A DNA stretch of 64,000 nt from Eledone cirrhosa (GCA_964016885.1 OZ024743.1:69812001-69876000), one strand, 5' to 3'. Numbered from the stretch's first letter, positions 43,053-60,689 are shown. The notes: a model not told the origin generated them from the letters alone. Numbers and translations: made by a program.

Positions 43053-46000
43053 GGTTTCTTTATTGGCCACAAGGGCTAACATGAAGAAAATCATTATAGA
43101 CGGCACAGAACGGTACAGGACGATACAAAGTGGGTTTGAGCCGCGTAAAAAGGTTATAACAAGATAGAAACGTGTAAAAATAAATTAAAAAAATTTCAAC
43201 CAACAAAAATTCCCCAAAAAGGGGGAAGCCTCCGAGGATCACTCGTGGCGAAAACCACACAAAAGACCACGGCTACCCTGACCACCAGGGCAAGCGCACT
43301 CTCTCAGTTTTCCCACCCCTCAGTCTACAGGCGCTTACTCACAGTGGGCCCGTTCACTCGGACCAGACTCGCAATTTTCACCCACCTTTCAACAAACTTA
43401 CTAGAAGACAGCACTTGCCTCTCCACCCTGACTTTCCTCTTCAAGTGAAACATGAAAAAGTTAATTAGGGATTGGCCGGAGAGGAAAGTGTCCGTCTTCA
43501 AGCCTTTCAACATAGCTCCACGAGTCAGCAATCATCGGGCACAGAATGAGTGCGTGCAGGACGGTTTCGACGCCTTGCGCGTATCTAAGACAGGCTCGGC
43601 TGACAGAACCTCCGAGCCAGTAGAGCTTATCCCGAACCGTGAACGCTCCCCGGTAGCACTGGCAGACCAGGGATTTCTGGAAGTTGTCCATAGGCCCTGG
43701 GCTGAAAGTTCTCTTGAAGAGGGCGAACAGCTGATTGTCTTTGACGCCCAGGGTCTCCCCGAGAAGTCATCGCTCTTCCCCTTCACTAATCCTCTATAGA
43801 ACGCGCAGGTGGATGTTCCACCGATATCAGTGCCCAGCTAGTGGAGGGCGGTGAGCGTTTGGTGACATTCCAGCTTCCAAGCGCTATCCCTCGGTCTTTT
43901 CCTGATCCAGGACTGCAACTCCGTCAAGGAGACGAGCTGGCGAAAAGCGTGTCTGGTAAACGGCGACCACACCTGTTCACCGTCAAGGTAGCACCAGAGA
44001 TGTCGCAGCCTCAGCGCATGTTTGCGCATAATCAGCCACGGCAGGCTCAGTCCTCAACGCAACGGGTGCTGACAGCAGATGGATCGTCTGACCATGAGAT
44101 CACATCCCTTCCACAAAAAGTGGAAGAGAAGGCGCACCATTTAGGTCAGAGTTTAGCGGGGGCAAGGTACGACGGTCAGGCGGTAGTAGATGACGGACGC
44201 GATGTACGCATTCGCAACCTCCACCCAACCTTTCAGAGATAGCCTCCTCTCGGCCGATTTCTGGGTGAGAGAAGCCTCCCTGCTTGTCACCTCGCTCCAG
44301 TTTTTCTCTATCTGGAGGTCTGGACCGAACCAGACCCCGAGAAATTTAACCGGTCCTTCCGTCCAGGGCACCACGACGCTGTCGGACGGCATGGACCTGC
44401 TTCTCCAGGTGCTGAGTTGCAAGCCCACCGACTTTTCCTGGTTTATCTCTTCTCCTGTCACCGCTTCGTATTTCTTGAGAGCAGTGCCGATCATCTGGAT
44501 GTGCTTCGTGCTCGACACCACCTCGGTGATGTCGTCGGCGCAAGCCGACACGGATCTCACACATCCCAGTTCGCGAAAGGCCCCCCTCATGGTCTCCAAT
44601 TTGTGCAGTAATGAATTTGTGCAGTACGTACAAGAGGGACGAGAGGGGACAACCCTGGCGGACCGAGCGCATGATGCTGAACGGCTGCGACAGGTGACCA
44701 TTCACCCTCACAATCGAGCATATGTCGCTGTGCATCGCAGCGATCCAGCCCCGGAAAACGGGCCCGAGGCCAGCCACCTCGAGGACCGCAGCCAGGTACA
44801 GATGTTCGACCCTATCAAACCCTTTAGATTGTTCCAAGTTGATCAGGACCCCACCCGTGCCATATTCTTTAACCACCCTCTCGATGATGTATCGCATGAG
44901 ATGCAGATTGTCGTGCATGGATCTGTCCGGAATGGCACATATCTGCGCCTCTCCCACCAGATCACCGACGACAAGCGCCAATCTCTTTGCTAACTCCTTG
45001 GCCAAAATCTTTAACTCTGCATTTAGCAGAGTTATGGGCGTGAAGTTGTCTATAACGTCACCCTTGTTCGCATATTTTCTCAGCAGCGCCACCGCACCCC
45101 GGCTCACAGCACTGGGAATGTTCCCGCTCTGCAGCCAGTTGCAGTAGACAGAGGTCGTCGAACATCTGGCATGTACGCATAAAGCTCGTAGAGCAGACCA
45201 TTCAAACCTGGCGATTTACCCCTCGTGCAGTTAGACATTACTTCCCGTATTTCAACTGCTGTTCTCTGCCTTTTGCAGCACTGCGCTGCGGTCGTCGAGA
45301 GCCGCGGCAGTCCATTGAGGTATGCACCGAAGTCCACACATCTGCTCGGGTTCGAGCAACATGCACCCGTTTCGATCAGGCAAAGACCAAATTTTGGATT
45401 TGTTACCACGTCGCGCCTCCACCACCCGGACCCATTAAACGGCTTTCGTACCCTCGTGTCTCAGAGCACGCGCTCTAGCTCTGACAACGCATCCTTCATG
45501 GTTGCGTTGAAGAATTGGTCGAGTGCCAATTTCTCCGAAAGCACGTCGGTTGCGATGCCTGTCCTAAACGCCTCTTCAAGCTTTCTAACTAGCTCTCCTT
45601 CCACTCTATTTTCTTCTATCTTTACACCTTTGCTAAACCTTATTGATTCTACTCTAATTGCCCTTTTCAGGGTAAACCACCACCTGTTCAAAACGTCTGA
45701 GCAAATTGTTGAGGCTTTTACACCCCTCCTCTGTCTACTAGCCCCACATAATCCCAGCGTGCATCTAAGATGACGTTCCAGTCGCCCACTAACTCTAAAG
45801 AGCGGGACGTTTCAAGAAACGTCTCTAGACGTCTGAAGAAATCTGGCCGTCCTGTTCCTGTTGGGGCGTAGACGGCCACTAGCATGAAAGCATTACCTTC
45901 GCTGTCGGTCACGTCCAGCACCACCGACTTACCTTCTGGGTCCAGGAAGATGGCTCGTATGGCGAGATCCAAGCCACACCGAAAAAACACAGCAACTGCC

Positions 46001-47963
46001 CCTCCCGATCCCGGACGACTGGGAGATGCGTATACATCGTAGCCGCCGAAGATTGGTGCGAAGGGTCGTGCCTCGGAAATTCTGGTCTCGCTGATGGCCA
46101 CCACATCTCTGTTTAGTGACTTGAGATGGTTAAGCAGGTGGCCCTGCTTCCAAGATGACCCCAGGCCACGTACATTTAGACTGCCTATTCTAAGTAAGGC
46201 CATGTTGGGTGAGAAATGGAGTAAGTGAGAATGGATCACCTACCCTGATCGTGTGGGAAAAGAACAGTCGAAGGGTCCCTTTGGCTGGTCATGGGTGTTT
46301 CCAAGATGATGTTGGTGTGTATCCTCTTGGTGACCGACCCTCTGAAGTCTCCAACTGCGTTTGGAATTTTCCTTTTAAATGTTTATAATGTTCTATTTTG
46401 ATTTCAATAATTTTTATATTTTTCGGGAGAGTTCTTGGTGTTGGTGGGGTGTAGTAATTTTTGTCTGTGATCTCTGTGTGTTGCTTTATAAGTTCTAAGA
46501 GTTCTTTATTTGCCATATTTATGGGGGGGTGGGGGGGTGCTGTTGTTGGGTATGTTTGTCTTGTGTTTGCGATGTTGATGTTTGTGGTGATGCTAGTGGT
46601 GGCGGTGTAGTGGTTGTTGGTTGTGCTGGTGGTGGCGTTACTGCGAGTCGACTTGCAGCCTTTACCCCTCTTTGTTTGCCGTCGCTTTTGGAGGGGGAAG
46701 CTAAGGTTTTTTTTCTTTTTGTTTTTTTGTGGCAAACCGTTTGCCACTTCACTCCCGCCTCATACTCCATGTCGGATTCCGTGGCATCTGGGAGGGGTTG
46801 CATCTAAACTGCTGTTGGTGGTGGTAGTGGAGCCCACTCCGGCGATTTTGCCGCCGGTGTAGCTACTGCGACTGTTGGTGTTGCTGCCACTGCTGCCGCT
46901 GTTTTACTTGTCCATGGCCTTGGTATAAGTGCCACGGACGTTGCACTCCTACTCACCATGGAAGGGTCTTCTGACTCTGTTGCCTGCCTTGTTCTTGGTA
47001 GCAGCGAATCAGGCGTTGGACGGAGAGAGCCCTCTTCTTGGCTTTCTTCTGCGGGCAGAAGGCCCTGAGGTGACCCTTCTGCCCACAGAGATAGCACTTT
47101 GGGCACCTTCCTTCCACGCTTATAGGGAGTTGGAGTCCTTCCTCGAGGTCTATGATATCTGGGATGGCCTCGATGCACTCCTGTTCAGTTTTTATTAGCA
47201 TTTGAATGCCCATACCTGACCAGTTCTCTCTTCTCATTCTCTGTATTTGCAGTATTGTGGACCTGTACTCGATTCCGGCGAGTACAGACGAGGCCAGCCA
47301 AGGTATGGGCACGCCGGGCGAAACCTGGGTCACTTTGATCGGCACAATTTTCTACCCGCAGTAGGAGGGCACCAAGAGTAGCTTCTCACTCTTTAGGGTT
47401 TCCAAAGAGTAAGACTTCGCCTCTTGGTGGGTGGCGAAAAGTACGTCTACTGTGGCATACATTTTGCCTCGGGCAATGTGGGTTTTGTGCGCCCAGACGC
47501 ACCGCAAGGGCTTTGGGATTTGAGCCTCCGTGGCTCTCTCCACCCGATGTGATATTTTGCTTACGGTGCGGTAAGTCACTGTGCGCAGCTGCTGGTCTTT
47601 GAAGAAATGGGGTGGAGGTTTCAGGGAAATTCTATTGTCATTTCTTGTCACCATAGCTCTTGCGATTGCCATCTCTTTCTCCGTGACTAACACTGTCTCT
47701 ATATCTCGGGCCACCCCTGCGAAAGAAATGGCTCCTTTTTCAGCGGCACCATTATTGCTGCAGCTACTGCTGCTACTGGTCTTGTTGTTGGTGCTGTTGC
47801 TGTTGCGACTGCTACAAACTGGGTTGTTGGTGTTTTTGTTGTTATCACTGTTGTAGTTGGTTGTCCAAATCCTTACACAGCAAGAAAAACTAAACAACAA
47901 ATAATTATAACAGGTAAATAAAGCGACTTACTGGGAGCGAGCAAAAAGACATCAGAACAGACC
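43053..47963 (-). mobile_element. Near-full-length decayed Tx1/L1-type LINE, copy 2 (ORF1 ~47870-46289; ORF2 46203-43325)
   Basis: ORF1 CCHC knuckle CYLCGQKGHLRAFC; ORF2 GSLNVRGL..DVVAISETR, GDWN, KSPGLNGL, QGCPLSSLLY, ADD; (AAT)n on both flanks. Confidence 0.92.
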
Positions 47964-48064
47964 AATAATAATAATAATAATTGTTTCTACTTTTGGCACA
48001 AGGCCAGCAATTACCCAATGCATTACTGGTACTTTATTCTATCGACCCCGGAAGGATGAAAGTA

Positions 48065-48490
48065 TAACATTAAGGACAGCATAGGACAATACAGGACGGT
48101 ACAAATGGGCATTTATGCGTGTAAAAGAAAAAACAATAAACAAGGAAATAACAAAAAAAAGAAACAAAGGAATAATTCCCAATAGGGGGACGACTTCCGA
48201 GGGACACTAGTGGAGAAAGCCCATTAAAAAGTCCACGGTGACCCTGACCATCAGGGCAAGTGCCCTCTCCCAGTTTTCCATCTCCAATTTACAGGCGCAT
48301 ACTCAGAGCAGGCCCATTCACTCGGGCCATGCTTGCCTCTTTCACCCATCTTTCAGCAAATTTCTGGGAATAGCGCACTTCCCTCTCCACCCTGATTTTC
48401 CAAAAGTTAATCCCTCTCCACCCTGATTTTGCAAAAGTTAATCAGGGCAACACCGAAGGGGTAAATACTCGTCTTCAGCCCTTTCAAAAC
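48065..48490 (-). mobile_element. Tx1/L1-type LINE 3' fragment, copy 3
   Basis: Matches 37130-37530. Confidence 0.8.
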
Positions 48491-49180
48491 GATAGCCTGC
48501 GCATCGGCGTTTCCTTGAGGCTTGGACTCCGGATCTGTGAGCCACATAAATGTCGCTCTGGATCCACCGTGAATTTTTTCAGACTACACCCGCTTTCCTG
48601 TCTCCACAGTGCCTGCCGCCTTCCACGCCATGCTGCCTCAATGAGATCATAAAGCATGGATTGGACGCTGCAGGCTTCCCCTCCCAACTCGAGTCGGTGA
48701 GGCTGGACTGAGGGGATGGCAAAAGGCCAGACGGTATGACCATCTTCCCGTTCCGCGGTGGCAAAACCCTCGTTTAGGATACCACTTGCAGCGACACTTT
48801 CTCCAGCCGCAACCTGATGCAGTCTGCTACTAACCCAGGTACTGCTGCACGTCGGGCTGAGAAGGCCAAACTCTCCAAGTACCGGTCGCTCTCCGACAGT
48901 TTCGTGGTCATGCCCTTGGCAGTGGAGATTTCTGGTATTCTTGGCCCTAGGGCTACCTCCCTATTCACCTACATAGGCGCTGAGCAGGTGTGAGCCTCGC
49001 GAGTTGGAACGGCTCTTCCAGCGCATCTACCTTACCATCCTCCGGGGAAACGCCTTCTCGATCTGTCCGCCGTGGTTGTGGGGAAGCCAGCACGTGGGAC
49101 CCTAATTGCTCACCAAACGGATTAATAGGCAAAGTTATAAACTATTGTAAATAAACAATTATTGTGTTTTGCTTACTTCA
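48491..49180 (+). mobile_element. CRE-clade non-LTR retrotransposon 3' fragment (restriction-like endonuclease)
   Basis: Plus-strand frames read LRIGVSLRLGLRICEPHKC..LHPLSC..RH...GDGKRPDGMTIFPF.GGK.L..DTTC.DT...AEKAKLSKY...PLAVE.SG.LGP. Confidence 0.8.
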
Positions 49181-49199
49181 CATAGTTAGATAATAATAA

Positions 49200-49388
49200 T
49201 TTTTTCTACTTTTGGCACAAGGCCAGCAATTATCACAGTATATTACTGGTACTTTATTTTATCGACCCCGTAAGGATGAAAGGCAAAGTTAACCTCAGCG
49301 GTATTTGAACTCAGTTCGTAAAAGGGCGTAACTGTGCTGCAAAGCATGGCACCCGACCCTCTACCGATACTGCCAATTCACCGCCCTA
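49200..49388 (-). mobile_element. Full-length SINE with TSD
   Basis: TAGTTAGATAATAATAA on both sides. Confidence 0.88.
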
Positions 49389-49599
49389 GTTAGATAATAA
49401 TAAGATTTTTAAAAGATTAACGTAACTCTTTACAAAGGTAAATAGACAATACGAAGAGTGCGATGTGATTGCAATATATTGGTTGAACGATATTTCGACG
49501 TTAGTCTGTCTTTGTCGAGTCCAGAATGAAAAGTGATAAAAATTCAAAATAATTGAAATTCAAATCCAAAATATGAACAACGCCTACCTGCGTCCTCTC

Positions 49600-50000
49600 A
49601 GGAAAAAAAAGAGAAGAAAAGAAAAAAAGAAAAGGAAAAAGAAGAATATTTGATAAAATAGTTTTGTGTAAATGTGGTGAAATTCCCCTGTCATTTTGTT
49701 CATTCCTGCAGGCTGTGATGTTAATAACCCGTAAACATATCTCTCTTCATGCATATTGAGTACCGAAAATGTAGCATATTCAGAATATTTTCTGAGAATA
49801 TGCATTTTTCTCTCCACATTTATCTTTCTTTCCAACTGGAAATTGAAAACGTTGACAAGATCTTGGCCGAAGCAGAAAGTGTCTGTCTTTAGACCTTTCA
49901 CACAACCACAAAACTTCTTTCGCTACAGCTATCAGACAAAGGAAAACTGCCTGTTCTTTCCAACCATGAGAAGGCCGCGGGGTGATCTTCACTATGCAGG
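49600..50000 (-). mobile_element. Degenerate Tx1/L1-type 3' fragment
   Basis: EQAVFLCLIAVAKEVLW..KGLKTDTF..QDLVNVFNFQLERKINVER. Confidence 0.7.
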
Positions 50001-50559
50001 TTTATTAAAAAGACATTGGCGATTATACTTTGTATATATAAATACATAATTATACCTTCTATCACCCTATCGAAAAATAAATATCAATTAGCTATAGTTC
50101 TACTACTCAAAATAGGATTAATCCATAAATTTAAAACTAAAACCAACGAGCTACCTACGTACTAAAACGGTTTCCTTCATTGGGCCACAATCGAAATCGA
50201 TACCTGATCTTTGATTAGTTTTGGTTCCCAGATCGATTACCACGATATAATTTGTAGTGTAATTAAATATTTAATTCTATCAACAGGAAAACCCCCTTCG
50301 TAACAAAATCTTGACCCGAAATCACGTAAGCACGTGATTGCGAAGCAAATTCGTTTTTTTTTTCGCTCAAACCGTCAGAAAGCAAGTGAGTTATAGTATC
50401 GCCATATATAGTCACTGTTGAGGTTAGCTTTGCCTTTCCTCCTCACGGGGTCGATATAATAGAGTACCAGTAACACATTTGGATTGATTTAATCACTTTC
50501 ACCTTTCCACCAAAAATTGTTGGCCTTGTTCCTATATCAGAGCATATATATAGTCACCT

Positions 50560-50917
50560 GCCCCACCTACACAAAATATAACGCTATAGTTTATATCTGG
50601 TTTAGCTAACTCATTTATACCTTAAATCTTAATTATATCATTGACTTCAATGTTTTAATATTAGTCTAAATGTTCTATAGTAAACTTTTCTAATCTTCTT
50701 CTTTCTGTGTCGCATTTAATCAGTTTCTTCTTCTCCTAACTACTTTCATGCGTAGTTTTCCTTTAATTTTTTTCATTTCGGAGCTTCTTTCTAATTTAAT
50801 GTTCTCAGTTTAATTTAATTTGCCTCTTTTTATAATAACTTTGGCATATTTGTCTAATCCATACTCATCTTTATTGATTTAATTTACTAACATTTTCACG
50901 TAGCCTATATTATTAAT

Positions 50918-50964
<47 letters not shown>

Positions 50965-51450
50965 AATCATCAATATCATTAGCATCATCATTATTATTAT
51001 CATTTCCTCAGTATTTTGTTATGCTTCTGTTGTTATTTGGAAAGCTAAATATTTAGCTCTTTCCTACAGTCATATGGATATATCTAGCACCTTTCTTACT
51101 ATTCCTGCTGTACAAAGCAAACAAGCTTTCTGTAGAAACGAGAAATTTACTTGTAAATCGACAACCAACCTTTCCAACCACTGTACATAAGGCTCTTTCT
51201 ACAATTGTATAACAACTTAGTGGCAATTCAAGAGTTTCTGAATTTCGTATTTCAGGACTTGCTAATTCTCTCTTTCTTTTTTTTTTTTGCATTCTTTGCT
51301 CCCACTTTACTTTCAATCGAACATGCAACATCGATTAGACAACACATTCTTTCAACTTTACTTAATATAACAATATCTGAACGTGAATGCTCCATTTGCT
51401 TATCCGATTAAATCTCCATGTTCCATTATACTTTTCCACGCTTTCCATGC
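50560..51450 (-). mobile_element. Degenerate R4/Dong-type fragments (RT piece ~50560-50900; REL endonuclease ~51060-51450)
   Basis: Minus strand EYGLDKYAKVIIKRGKL, and SDKQMEHSRSDIVILSKVERMCCLIDVACS (cf. H.RPDIV..K....IDVA.P). Confidence 0.6.
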
Positions 51451-51844
51451 TAAGCAACTACAACATCAATAATAAAAATGGCTTCTCATTTAGACACAAC
51501 TTTGTGGCAGCCATTTTGTCGGGATCGATTAGTGAATTATATGAACATCAGTGCTTGAATGATACTTCATTTCATCGACAACTTGGATAGACGAATGACC
51601 AAATACACATTGGCAGAATTAAATATCCGTAGCTGAATGTTAGGAGGCATTTTGTTTTACAGTTTAACGATATTGTAGCTAAAAATGGTGGACAATCTCT
51701 GACGATATCTGTTAGCTGCCTTAGATGGATTTATTTGCGTTCCATCTTGTAATACACATAGTGTCCTACTTCGGCAAGTCGAGAAACATATCAGTTTCTC
51801 TACGACATTGTTGTTGTGCCTGGTGGTGGTGGTGATGGTGTTGC

Positions 51845-51881
<37 letters not shown>

Positions 51882-52019
51882 CTTCTTCTTCTTCTTCTTC
51901 TTCTTCTTCTTCTTCTTCTTCTTCTTCTTCTTCTTCTTCTTTTTGTTCGCATATGTTGATAATGATGATGTCGTTAATGAAGTCAACGTCGACGTTGATT
52001 GTAGTCATATTTAAGCCAG

Positions 52020-52075
<56 letters not shown>

Positions 52076-52589
52076 ACGGAGAAAACGATGATTATTAGGA
52101 AGAAAAATATATTTTTTCATTTTTGATTTTTTCTTTCTTTTTTCTGGGTTAGAAAATGATTAAAACGAAATATTTTACTTTCTGTGAAGTGTTATGGTAT
52201 TAGTTGATTTATTTATTAATTAAGAATGGCATTTATTTATTTATATATTTAATAATTGTCTATTACTAGTTTCAGCATTTTTATGCATTATCAAATGATA
52301 ATAATATGTATTGGTTTAGAATGGTGGTGTTGGATATGTTAAAGAAATGCTGCAGAAAGAATAATGTTATTTACAAACAAGGTTTATGAAGGTAAAAAAC
52401 AACGGTCGTAATGTGGAGCATAATAAGGCAATGTGAAAGAAAAAATAATGTTATTTACAGGCATTGTTCTTGAAGATAAGCAGATCAAAATGTTATATAT
52501 ATATATGTATATTGCCCACTCTATTACCCTAAGTATCGAGTACTCTGGTGCGTTATGGTCCATCTGGTTCCTTACCACACTTCCATCGT

Positions 52590-52683
<94 letters not shown>

Positions 52684-53058
52684 TTACAATAATCAAAGTT
52701 CAGTTTAGATCATTTATTTGCTTACAATTGTTTCCTCCAAACCGAGGTTTGGATTCTTCGGAGCAACTATTAAGTGATCTATAACATACTTGACCTCCTT
52801 TTCAACACAAGAGACATATAAAAACATATGCACGTATTGACCCACAGTGGGATGACGTCGATGATTTAAACTGAACTTTGATAATTGTAATCTCTATATA
52901 ACTGCTCTGTAAAACAACAGATGTTACTATATTGAGCTATTTATCTTACTGGTAAAAAGATAGTAATTAATGTCTATCTTTCACTATTTGGGGTTTGTAT
53001 GAAAAATATATACCATAAAAGGCTTTATTACGTACATAACCATAAATAGTATCCTTAA

Positions 53059-53105
<47 letters not shown>

Positions 53106-53271
53106 AATTTATATATATATATATATACAATAATATATATATATATATATATAATAATTTGAAATGTTTTACTTTTCTTCTCTTTCCCTTTTTTCCTTCA
53201 CTACCCAGGAAAAACTTGAACTGTTAAGTTATTATTTCCTGGTTATTTCAATATTTATAAAACAAACTTTG

Positions 53272-53332
53272 TATTTTATCTGATGAGAGCGTACCAAAGT
53301 TTTGGTACCATTGAAATATATATAATAGAATA
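53272..53332 (+). ncRNA. Minimal type-I hammerhead ribozyme (family B, diverged)
   Basis: TATTTTAT-CTGATGA-gagc-GTACCAAA gt TTTGGTAC-catt-GAAA-TATATA-TA-ATAGAATA. Confidence 0.7.
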
Positions 53333-53513
53333 AATATGCTTTTATAAATATATTTTCCTTTTATTTAATATTATTGGATATTATACTCCAGAAAACTTGT
53401 CGAGCGCTTTGAATCAGTTATAAACTTTGATTTTATATATATATATATATGTCCCAAGGCTCTAATACCATCAACACTATAAACACAGAGCTGGCATATC
53501 TAAGAACTGACTA

Positions 53514-53569
53514 ACTGCCTGATGAGATCATAGCCTTTCAATGGCTATCATCGAAATATATATAGCAGT
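53514..53569 (+). ncRNA. Minimal type-I hammerhead ribozyme (family H)
   Basis: ACTGC-CTGATGA-GAT c ATAGCC tttcaat GGCTAT c ATC-GAAA-TATATA-TA-GCAGT; canonical core, in a ~165-bp insert between (TA)n tracts. Confidence 0.88.
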
Positions 53570-53652
53570 AAATAAAGTATTATGAGTTCATGCAATTGAC
53601 TTATGTTTCGTCACTATATATATATATATATACATATATATGTATATACATA

Positions 53653-53835
<183 letters not shown>

Positions 53836-53989
53836 GGAATATAATGAAACGAAATTTCTTTTCTCACTCTTAGTACGGCAATTAAATGTAAGTTTGTATG
53901 TATGTACACGTACATACATATATGTATACAGACGTACAGTAGTATGTATATATATACATACATGCACACATATATATAAGCACATATCG

Positions 53990-54273
53990 GTTTACCGAAC
54001 ATTTATTATAATGCTCGGTTTGGTTGTTTATAAACAAACAAACAAACAACCCGAATTACGCCGTACAGTTTTTAGGCAACCACGTCACCTTTTTGTTCAA
54101 CACTGACACAGGAACGATGTACTAGTTTCAAGCTTATTAGCTATCGGCAGCATCGTATACCTTCCTGCCAGATGGTTAAACGTCTGAAAGTATATACTTT
54201 CCTTATGCATATTAACGGCTGAGCAGCCTAATTTGCATATCGAGTGAGTTCAGTCGGCCGGGCGCACCGAAAA

Positions 54274-54275
<2 letters not shown>
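53990..54275 (-). mobile_element. Family E repeat, copy 2 (HHR 54114-54156 with mutated core CTGCCGA)
   Basis: Matches 385-660; perfect stem I ACGATG/CATCGT. Confidence 0.75.
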
Positions 54276-57778
<3,503 letters not shown>

Positions 57779-59254
57779 AATATATATATATATATATATA
57801 TATACACTAGATGAAGACACAAAGTGCTAATCAGTTCCTATTGTACGTCGCTATATTGATGCTAAGAGGCAAATTAAACGGAATGTAAAGACTATACAGA
57901 AAGACAAATATCAATGAGAAATGGCAGAATTAGTCTAAGAGCAGTTATATGAAGACTTAGAAAGATAGGAATCGTGTCACGTACAGCAGACATGAAGTTT
58001 TATTATAAGAGTTTACACTAATTGCAATTCAGAAGAACTTGGTGATGAAAATACGATAATAAAAATTCAAACACTTTTGATAGCCATTGCATTGGCAGAG
58101 TCGTTAGAGTGTCGAAGATAATTTCCTGTGATATTTATTGACAAAACACATTCTTTATGGTAATACAACCAAACAAATCCTGGATTCTCCGTCGGTGTCA
58201 ATGGTGAACATTCATTTTTCGATTGACTAAATTTTGAATCGTGAAATTAATGAGTATGCGGCTGAATATTCCCCAGTTACGAGTGATGTTAATGCAATTA
58301 TCAGACTTAATCTTTGTGAAGCAATATAACATAGCTGGGTACATTCAGTAACAGTTCAAAAAGAAAAATGAAAGAGTTGATAGAGAGAAATATACTTATC
58401 TACCCTAGACGGATGAAAGGCAAATTTGACTTCGTCAGGATTTGAACTTAGAATGTAGTGAGCCGAAACAATCAGCGCAAGCTGTGTTGTCTGCTGTCCA
58501 AACTATACTGAGAGATGGTCGCTCTAACAATAACAGCAATAATAAAATATTATTATTTAAAGTCCAGCAATTCAGGGCGGAGGAAAGTTTGGGGACTGGT
58601 CCTTCTTTTTGTCGATCCGAAAAGGTGGAGAGGTAAACGCGACGGCGGTAATATTTGAAACCAGAAAATACAACGACGTAATGAAATGTTGCAAAGCATT
58701 TCGTTCGACACGTTAACGATTCTTCCAACCCAACTCTATGTAATGATTTCTGATTCATGCACAATGCTAACAATTTTGGGGAGATGAAAGTCGAATAAAT
58801 TGACCCCAGTGCGTAAGGATGAATGGTAAAACTAACAGAGATTTGAATTCAGAACGTAAACAGCATGTTGTCAAACACTCTACCGATACTGCCAATCCAC
58901 CGCCCTCTCCGCTCTATATGACAATATGAATATTATTTCTTTATTGGCTCCTAAGGGGGACAATGGAAATTTACATAAAAAATGTAAAAAAAGAATAACC
59001 TGTAAAATTAACAACGAATTAATACTGATAAATTTCACCAGGGGAAACTTAGGAAATTCACAGAACCTAAACCTCATGAATCAGCATGAGCATCATGAGA
59101 AAGTGCCTCTTGGCATGATCTCTGACGCTCTATCGATACTGCCAAACCATCGCCCTCAACAATAATAAAAATATAAAGGAAGGTCTGCGGGATTGCGTAC
59201 GGTTTATTTGTTTATCCCGTTTGTAAAATAAGTTGGATTACTTTGAATAAATAA

Positions 59255-59437
59255 TTGTTTCTACTTTAGGCACAAGGCCAGCAATTACCCAGTGCATTAC
59301 TGGTACTTTATTTTATCGACCCCGTAAGGATGAAAGGCAAAGTCAACCTCGGCGGGATTTGATCTCAGATCGTAAAGGGACGTAACTATGCTGGAAAGCA
59401 TGGCGTCCGACCCTCTACCGATACTGCTAATCCACCT
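59255..59437 (-). mobile_element. Full-length SINE with 18-bp TSD
   Basis: TTACTTTGAATAAATAAT on both sides. Confidence 0.9.
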
Positions 59438-59751
59438 TACTTTGAATAAATAATGAATGAATATTACAGATTTTACCTACTCAATTTCGTAAACAAAAAT
59501 AGTTTCGTAAAAATAAATAATTTCAAATTGACTTCTTTTCAAAGTTGCACTTCCGGTATATCCCCCCCCCCCCACCACCACTTCAACTACCATATATATA
59601 GAAAGAGAGAGTCTGTGATGAGAGAGATAGAGAGATTATGATTTTCTAGGCGCTGACGCGTATGATTGTGCCCATACATACATCTATATGTATGAGTATA
59701 TAACTATAATCGCGCAAACACAAACTTATAAAATACACTTTCACGGACATA

Positions 59752-60070
59752 ATTCACACAAATACACATACTTTCACACAAATATACATACATTCACACA
59801 TACTTTCTCACAAACATACATACATTCACACATACTTTCACACAAATATACATACATTCACACATACTTTCTCACAAACATACATACATTCACACATACT
59901 TTCACACAAATATACATACCTTCACACATACTTTCACACAAACATACATTCACACCAATACACATACGTTCACACATATACATTTACACAAACATACATA
60001 CGTTCACACATACTTTCACACAAACATACATACATTCACACATAGACATTTACAAAAACACACACATACA
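59752..60070. repeat. CA-rich minisatellite (~32-34 bp unit)
   Basis: TACATACATTCACACATACTTTC(T/A)CACAAA repeated. Confidence 0.8.
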
Positions 60071-60199
60071 GTCAGGATAGCGTTCGGTGAATTGGAGATG
60101 GGAGGGTAAAACAAGTATAACGTTTTATTTATTTATTAACATTTTTATTTAATTAACTCTTTTTTAAAAAACTCATTTAACGAAACACTAACAAATATA

Positions 60200-60378
60200 A
60201 TTGTTTCTACTTTTGGCACAAGGCCAGCAATTAAACCAGTGTATTACTGGTACTTTATTTTATCGACCCCGTAAGGATGAAAGGCAAATTTAACTTCGAC
60301 GCGATTTGAACTTAGACCATAAAGAGACGTATCTATGATGGAAAGCATGGCGTCCGACCATCTACCGATACTGACAAT
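60200..60378 (-). mobile_element. SINE copy
   Basis: SINE core; AATATAAT flanks. Confidence 0.8.
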
Positions 60379-60689
60379 TCAATATAATATATACAAAGGA
60401 AACAGAAAGGAAAAAAGAAAGAGAAAAAATACACATCAATTCAGGACAACCCAGACGGTTCGAAAATTGAGGGGATGTTTGCCCGGGCCAAAGCTCTTGA
60501 GTGTGAATAGGACAGTGCATGAATGTGCACGCGAGTGAGTTTGTCGGTGTTCTTAAATTAGAGACACGTGTGTGTGTTGCACTGTTTTTAACTTAGAGAC
60601 ATATATGTGTGTGTATCCCTTTCCTTCCATTTACACACATACATTCACACAAAACACATAAACACATTGCGTGATGGACGGGTGGACAG

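Noticed and set aside
44190-45773. Long plus-strand ORFs (267 aa, 182 aa)
   Set aside because: Antisense shadows of the GC-rich Tx1 ORF2.
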